64,000 nt of DNA. Source: Acidobacteriota bacterium (GTDB lineage Bacteria; Acidobacteriota; Thermoanaerobaculia; Gp7-AA8). The translations under genes were made by a program, and so were the position numbers. The notes beneath the pieces are model-generated. The model was not told the DNA's origin. It ran no database searches and saw only the letters and a list, made by a program, of their open reading frames with translations. The stretch lies in contig JAFATB010000025.1 in the NCBI GenBank assembly GCA_019244185.1, positions 352,798 to 416,797 of the forward strand, given 5' to 3'. Position 1 is the first letter of the stretch, and every line of letters begins with the position of its first letter. Shown one piece after another: positions 60,362 to 64,000 of this stretch.

Positions 60362-61038
60362 CCGACCCGCTCCTCTCCGCGCGCGGCGTCACCGCGGTGC
60401 GCGGCCGCCGCACGATCCTCGATCGCGTCGCGTTCCACGTCCTCCCGCACGAAATCCTCGGCGTCATCGGTCCGAACGGCGCGGGCAAGACCACGCTCTT
60501 CGAATGCATCGCCGGCCTGCAGCCGGTCAGCTTCGGCCTCATCGACGGCGCGGGGCCGCGGCAGCTCTTCTACGTTCCCGACGCGATCCGCCCGTGGCCC
60601 GATCAGACCGTGCGCTGGACGCTCGAGGTCACCGCGGATGTTTACGGCGTCAACGTCGACGACGCGCTCGTCGCGCAGCTCGACCTCGCGCGCCTGCAGA
60701 CGCAGTTCGTGCGCTCGCTGTCGAAAGGCGAAGTCAAGCGGCTGAATATCGCCCTCGGGCTGGTGACGCCGCAGCCGATGCTCTTTCTCGACGAGCCGTT
60801 CGACGGGCTCGATTTGCGGCAGACGCGCGCGGTGATGGAGCTGCTGCGCGCGACGGTCGATCGCGGTCGCACGCTCGTGCTCTCGATTCACCAGCTCGCC
60901 GACGCCGCGCGCATCTGCGACCGCCTGCTCCTGCTGCACGACGGACGCGCCGTCGCGGAGGGGACGCTCGCCGAGCTGCGCGACGTCGCGTGTCTGCCGG
61001 GCGCGGACATCGAGGAGGTCTTTCTTGCGCTCACGTGA
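60358..61038 (+). CDS. ABC transporter ATP-binding protein
   Basis: GPNGAGKTT, LSKGE, LDEPFDGLD. Confidence 0.9.
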   Translation: MTDPLLSARGVTAVRGRRTILDRVAFHVLPHEILGVIGPNGAGKTTLFECIAGLQPVSFGLIDGAGPRQLFYVPDAIRPWPDQTVRWTLEVTADVYGVNVDDALVAQLDLARLQTQFVRSLSKGEVKRLNIALGLVTPQPMLFLDEPFDGLDLRQTRAVMELLRATVDRGRTLVLSIHQLADAARICDRLLLLHDGRAVAEGTLAELRDVACLPGADIEEVFLALT

Positions 61039-62344
61039 GCTGCGCGTCGTGCTGCGCAAAGACCTCGCGGAGCTCTTCGCCTCGCGCGCGTTCTGGCTGC
61101 TGCTGCTCTTCACCGGGCTGATCGCGGGACAGAGCTTCATCAGCGCGGTCGAGCTGTACGCGGAAGCGAGCGGCATCGACGGCGGCGCGCCCGCGCTCGC
61201 GCAAGGTCTCTCCCCGCTCGACGGTATCCTCTCCCCCACCCTCGGCGCGTACGACCTCGCCATCATGCTGCTCTTCCCGTTCGTGGCCATCCGCCTCGTC
61301 GCGGCGGAGAAGTCGTCGCAGGCGCTCAAGCTCGTGCTGCAGTGGCCCGTGTCGCTGCGCGCGCAGCTCGCCTCGAAGCTCGTCGCGCTCGTCATCGCGT
61401 GGCTGCTCGCGCTCGTCGCGTTCGGCGTCGCGCTGGTGCTGTGGACGAGCTACGGCGGACATCTCGACGCGGGCGAGACGTTGAATCTACTGATGGGCTA
61501 CACGCTGCGTTTCCTGCTGACCATGAGTCTGGCGATGGCCGCGGCGGCGGCGATGCCCGGCGCGGCGAATGCGGCGGTGGTCGTGCTCGCGTTCACGATC
61601 GGCACGTGGGCGCTCGACTTTCTCGCGACGGGCCGCGGCGGATGGATCGAGACGCTCGCCTCGTACACGCCCGCGTCCGCGCTGCGCACGTTCGAGCGCG
61701 GCCTGCTGCGCGCGGACGTCGTGGCCGTGCTGCTGCTGCTCACGCTCGCGCTGCTCGTGCTGACGGCGATCTGGCTGCATCCCGCCAAGCCGCCGCGTCA
61801 CGCCATCGCGCAAACGCTCGCCACGCTGGCGATGACGCTCGCGCTCTGCGCGCTCGCCTCGCGCCTGCACGCGAGCGCCGATCTCGCGGAAGACCGCCGC
61901 AACTCGTTCGCGGACGCCGACGTGCGCGCGCTGGAGCGCATCGACGCGCCGCTCGCGATCACGCTGCGGCTCGCGGCGGAAGATCCGCGCATGAACGACT
62001 TCGAGCGCGAGGTGCTGGTCAAGCTCCGGCGCGCGATGCGCGTCACGGTGCGCTATCCATACGCCGGCCGCTCGGGACTCTTCGACAACGATCCGCGGTA
62101 CGGCACGATCGAATACCACCTCGCCGGAAGGGATGCCGTCAGCCGTTCCACCACGCCCGACATCGTGCTCGAAACGATCTACGGACTCGCGCGCGTGCCG
62201 ATGCCGCCGCGCGGCGAGCCGTCGTATCCCGGCTATCCGCTGGCGAAGCACGCGCGCGGAGCGGCGGTCGTGTTCTACGCGCTCTGGCCGCTCAGCGTGC
62301 TGCTGGCGGCGCGGGGTGCAGGACGTAGTCGGCGAACTGGCTGA
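61025..62344 (+). CDS. ABC-2 permease fused to a GldG-N-like extracytoplasmic domain
   Basis: Multi-TM N-terminus with AAEKSSQALKL; DLAEDRRNSF motif; C-terminal TM. Confidence 0.75.
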   Translation: MRSRELRVVLRKDLAELFASRAFWLLLLFTGLIAGQSFISAVELYAEASGIDGGAPALAQGLSPLDGILSPTLGAYDLAIMLLFPFVAIRLVAAEKSSQALKLVLQWPVSLRAQLASKLVALVIAWLLALVAFGVALVLWTSYGGHLDAGETLNLLMGYTLRFLLTMSLAMAAAAAMPGAANAAVVVLAFTIGTWALDFLATGRGGWIETLASYTPASALRTFERGLLRADVVAVLLLLTLALLVLTAIWLHPAKPPRHAIAQTLATLAMTLALCALASRLHASADLAEDRRNSFADADVRALERIDAPLAITLRLAAEDPRMNDFEREVLVKLRRAMRVTVRYPYAGRSGLFDNDPRYGTIEYHLAGRDAVSRSTTPDIVLETIYGLARVPMPPRGEPSYPGYPLAKHARGAAVVFYALWPLSVLLAARGAGRSRRTG

Positions 62345-62981
62345 CGCTGTCGGTCTTCGACCACGTCCCCACTTTCCCGGAGACCGGCTCGGCGAGCGTG
62401 TACTCGAGCAGCAGCTTGTCGTCGAGATAGCCCTTGAGCGACGTGCCGTCGACGGCGATCTTCATGCGGTGCCACCCGCCCATCGCGAGGTGCACGTTCT
62501 CGCTTCCCTTCTTCACGAAGCTGCGCTTGCCGCTCTTGAAGGTCCAGAGCACGAGGTTGTCTTCCTTGCCGTTGAAGCGGACGGTGAGGTAGTCGCCGTT
62601 CGGCTTGAGGTTGAAGAGGATGCCCGCGCATTGATCGAGCTGTCCGCCGAGGAGGCGGAAGCGCATCGAGATGTCGCCGTTGCGGAAGTCGGGGATGTCT
62701 TTGGCGACGCTGTACGGGTAATACGCGTACGCCTTCACGCTGTCGATGAACTCCTCGTGCTGCGCGCCGTAGATCGTGCGCGCCTTCGCGGCCAGGCCCG
62801 CGGACGGCTGGCCTTTGATCCACTGCCGGCCGTCGACTTGCAGGACCTTCGCGCCGGCATCGTTCGCGACGGACCAGTCTCCGACGATGGCGAGGAAGTG
62901 ATCGGGCGAGACGGAACCGGCGGTCGCGGCGGCGAGGGCGAGCGTGGCGAAGAGGAACGTTGCGGCGGCGAGGGATTTCAT
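62292..62981 (-). CDS. Secreted DUF1080/ConA-like beta-sandwich protein
   Basis: Signal peptide; GDWSV, AGILFN, WHRMKIAVDG, GKVGTWSK, FADY. Confidence 0.65.
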   Translation of the reverse strand: MKSLAAATFLFATLALAAATAGSVSPDHFLAIVGDWSVANDAGAKVLQVDGRQWIKGQPSAGLAAKARTIYGAQHEEFIDSVKAYAYYPYSVAKDIPDFRNGDISMRFRLLGGQLDQCAGILFNLKPNGDYLTVRFNGKEDNLVLWTFKSGKRSFVKKGSENVHLAMGGWHRMKIAVDGTSLKGYLDDKLLLEYTLAEPVSGKVGTWSKTDSVSQFADYVLHPAPPAAR

Positions 62982-63007
62982 CGCCGGAAAAATATAGGAT
63001 TCGCCGC

Positions 63008-63451
63008 ATGACCGTCGAGAGAATGCTGGCCGCACTGCAGGAAAACTTCGATGGGCAACCGTGGCACGGCTCGCCGCTGCGCCGTCTGCTCGACGGCATC
63101 GACGACGCGCGCGCACACGCGCATCCCCTCCCCGCCGCCCGCAGCATCGCCGAGCTCCTCGCGCACCTCAGCGCGTGGATCGAGATCGCCGACCGCCGCA
63201 TGCACGGCGAGGAATTCGAGATCACGCCCGAGCTCGACTTCCCCGACGCCACGAACGCGCGCTTCGCTGACCTCGTCTCGCAGCTCGAGTGGCGTCACGC
63301 GTCGCTCCTGCGCACGGTCCGCGAGCTCGGCGACGACGGCCTGCTGCGCATGGTCCGCGGCAAGCCGTACTCGATCCAGTGGATGCTGCACGGCGTCATG
63401 CACCACAACACGTATCACGCCGCGCAGATCGCGCTACTACGGAAATCGTAG
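63008..63451 (+). CDS. DinB family protein
   Basis: GQPWHGSPL, SIAELLAHL, GVMHHNTYHAAQI. Confidence 0.88.
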   Translation: MTVERMLAALQENFDGQPWHGSPLRRLLDGIDDARAHAHPLPAARSIAELLAHLSAWIEIADRRMHGEEFEITPELDFPDATNARFADLVSQLEWRHASLLRTVRELGDDGLLRMVRGKPYSIQWMLHGVMHHNTYHAAQIALLRKS

Positions 63452-63566
63452 GCGTGCGGGTTCTGCGCGCGGCTACACGCACGCTCGCGCCGGGCGCGGC
63501 CGGCGGGCCGCACTGCCAGCCCACTGCGGCTTCACACCAGAGCTGGGCGGACGGGATCATCGCAGA

Positions 63567-63893
63567 ATGAGTCACGACGTCCGCATCTACGCGCTCCTCG
63601 CGCGGTCAACGGCTCGGGCGGTCGTATTCCGGCGCGGGCCCTCAAAACGAGTCTTTCTATTGGGCTGGAACACGGCCAACGATCAATTCGAGCAAGGTCA
63701 ATGGCTCAAAGGGCGAATCTACGAGCGACGGTGCGATCTCTCGCCGGACGGGCAGCTTCTTCTCTACTTCGCCGCCAACTATCAAGAGCCCTACTTCTCC
63801 TGGTCAGCAATCAGCAGACCGCCGTACCTGACGGCCCTCGCGCTGTGGCCGAAAGGTCTGACTTCAACTTTGAACTGCAACGCTGACGAATGA
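63567..63893 (+). pseudogene. Probably truncated hypothetical protein gene with atypical codon usage
   Basis: RAVVFRRGPSK...GQWLKGRIYERRCDLSPDG...AISRPPYLTALALWPKG, then an unrelated-looking tail and early stop. Many A/T-ending codons. Confidence 0.55.
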
Positions 63894-64000
63894 GCAGATG
63901 GTACAGGTTCTGTGCGTAGAGCGAGTTGAAGCCGCAGAGCGTCAGCCACTGATTCAAGTCGCATGAGACGGTGAGCGGTCGCGCAGCGTGACTCCGATCA

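Noticed and set aside
63448-63485. GTAG followed by GCGTGCG...CGCACGC hairpin as another REP or attC site
   Set aside because: Short 7-bp stem, no similarity to the main repeat core, no RYYYAAC/GTTRRRY boxes.

Overview
High-GC, gene-dense bacterial chromosomal window with no rRNA, tRNA, CRISPR array or intact transposase that I can see. The protein repertoire (Calx-beta, SdrD-B/GEVED and IPTL-CTERM surface proteins, 'IPVAGRxPGxNGTFWxTDL' secreted protein) suggests an Acidobacteriota/Thermoanaerobaculia-like host; this is inference only. The centrepiece is an 11-gene, tightly packed operon (24373-35849). It encodes two tandem lipoprotein-like PQQ alcohol dehydrogenases, both with the lanthanide-type D-Y-D motif, then xoxJ-like and xoxG-like genes, a caa3-type heme-copper oxidase, a CtaG-cytochrome c fusion, another cytochrome c and a beta-propeller. 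The oxidase subunit I keeps all metal ligands but has Gln in place of both the D-channel entry Asp and the K-channel Lys. Other content: a 2.1-kaa adhesin, three ABC systems, a two-component system with paired direct-repeat boxes, enterobacterial-like parC/parE next to a Xer-like recombinase, PPK2, FRG, FHA-GGDEF, GH18, LMF1 and FdhD genes. Non-coding structure: a REP/REPIN-like palindrome family between convergent genes; a heptamer-palindrome family, one copy of which appears to encode the XoxJ signal peptide; and TANNNT boxes directly before many start codons, suggesting leaderless mRNAs. There is also a TAG-interrupted small membrane gene and an apparently truncated foreign-looking gene at the right edge. 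Product calls come from motif recognition by eye, not database searches.
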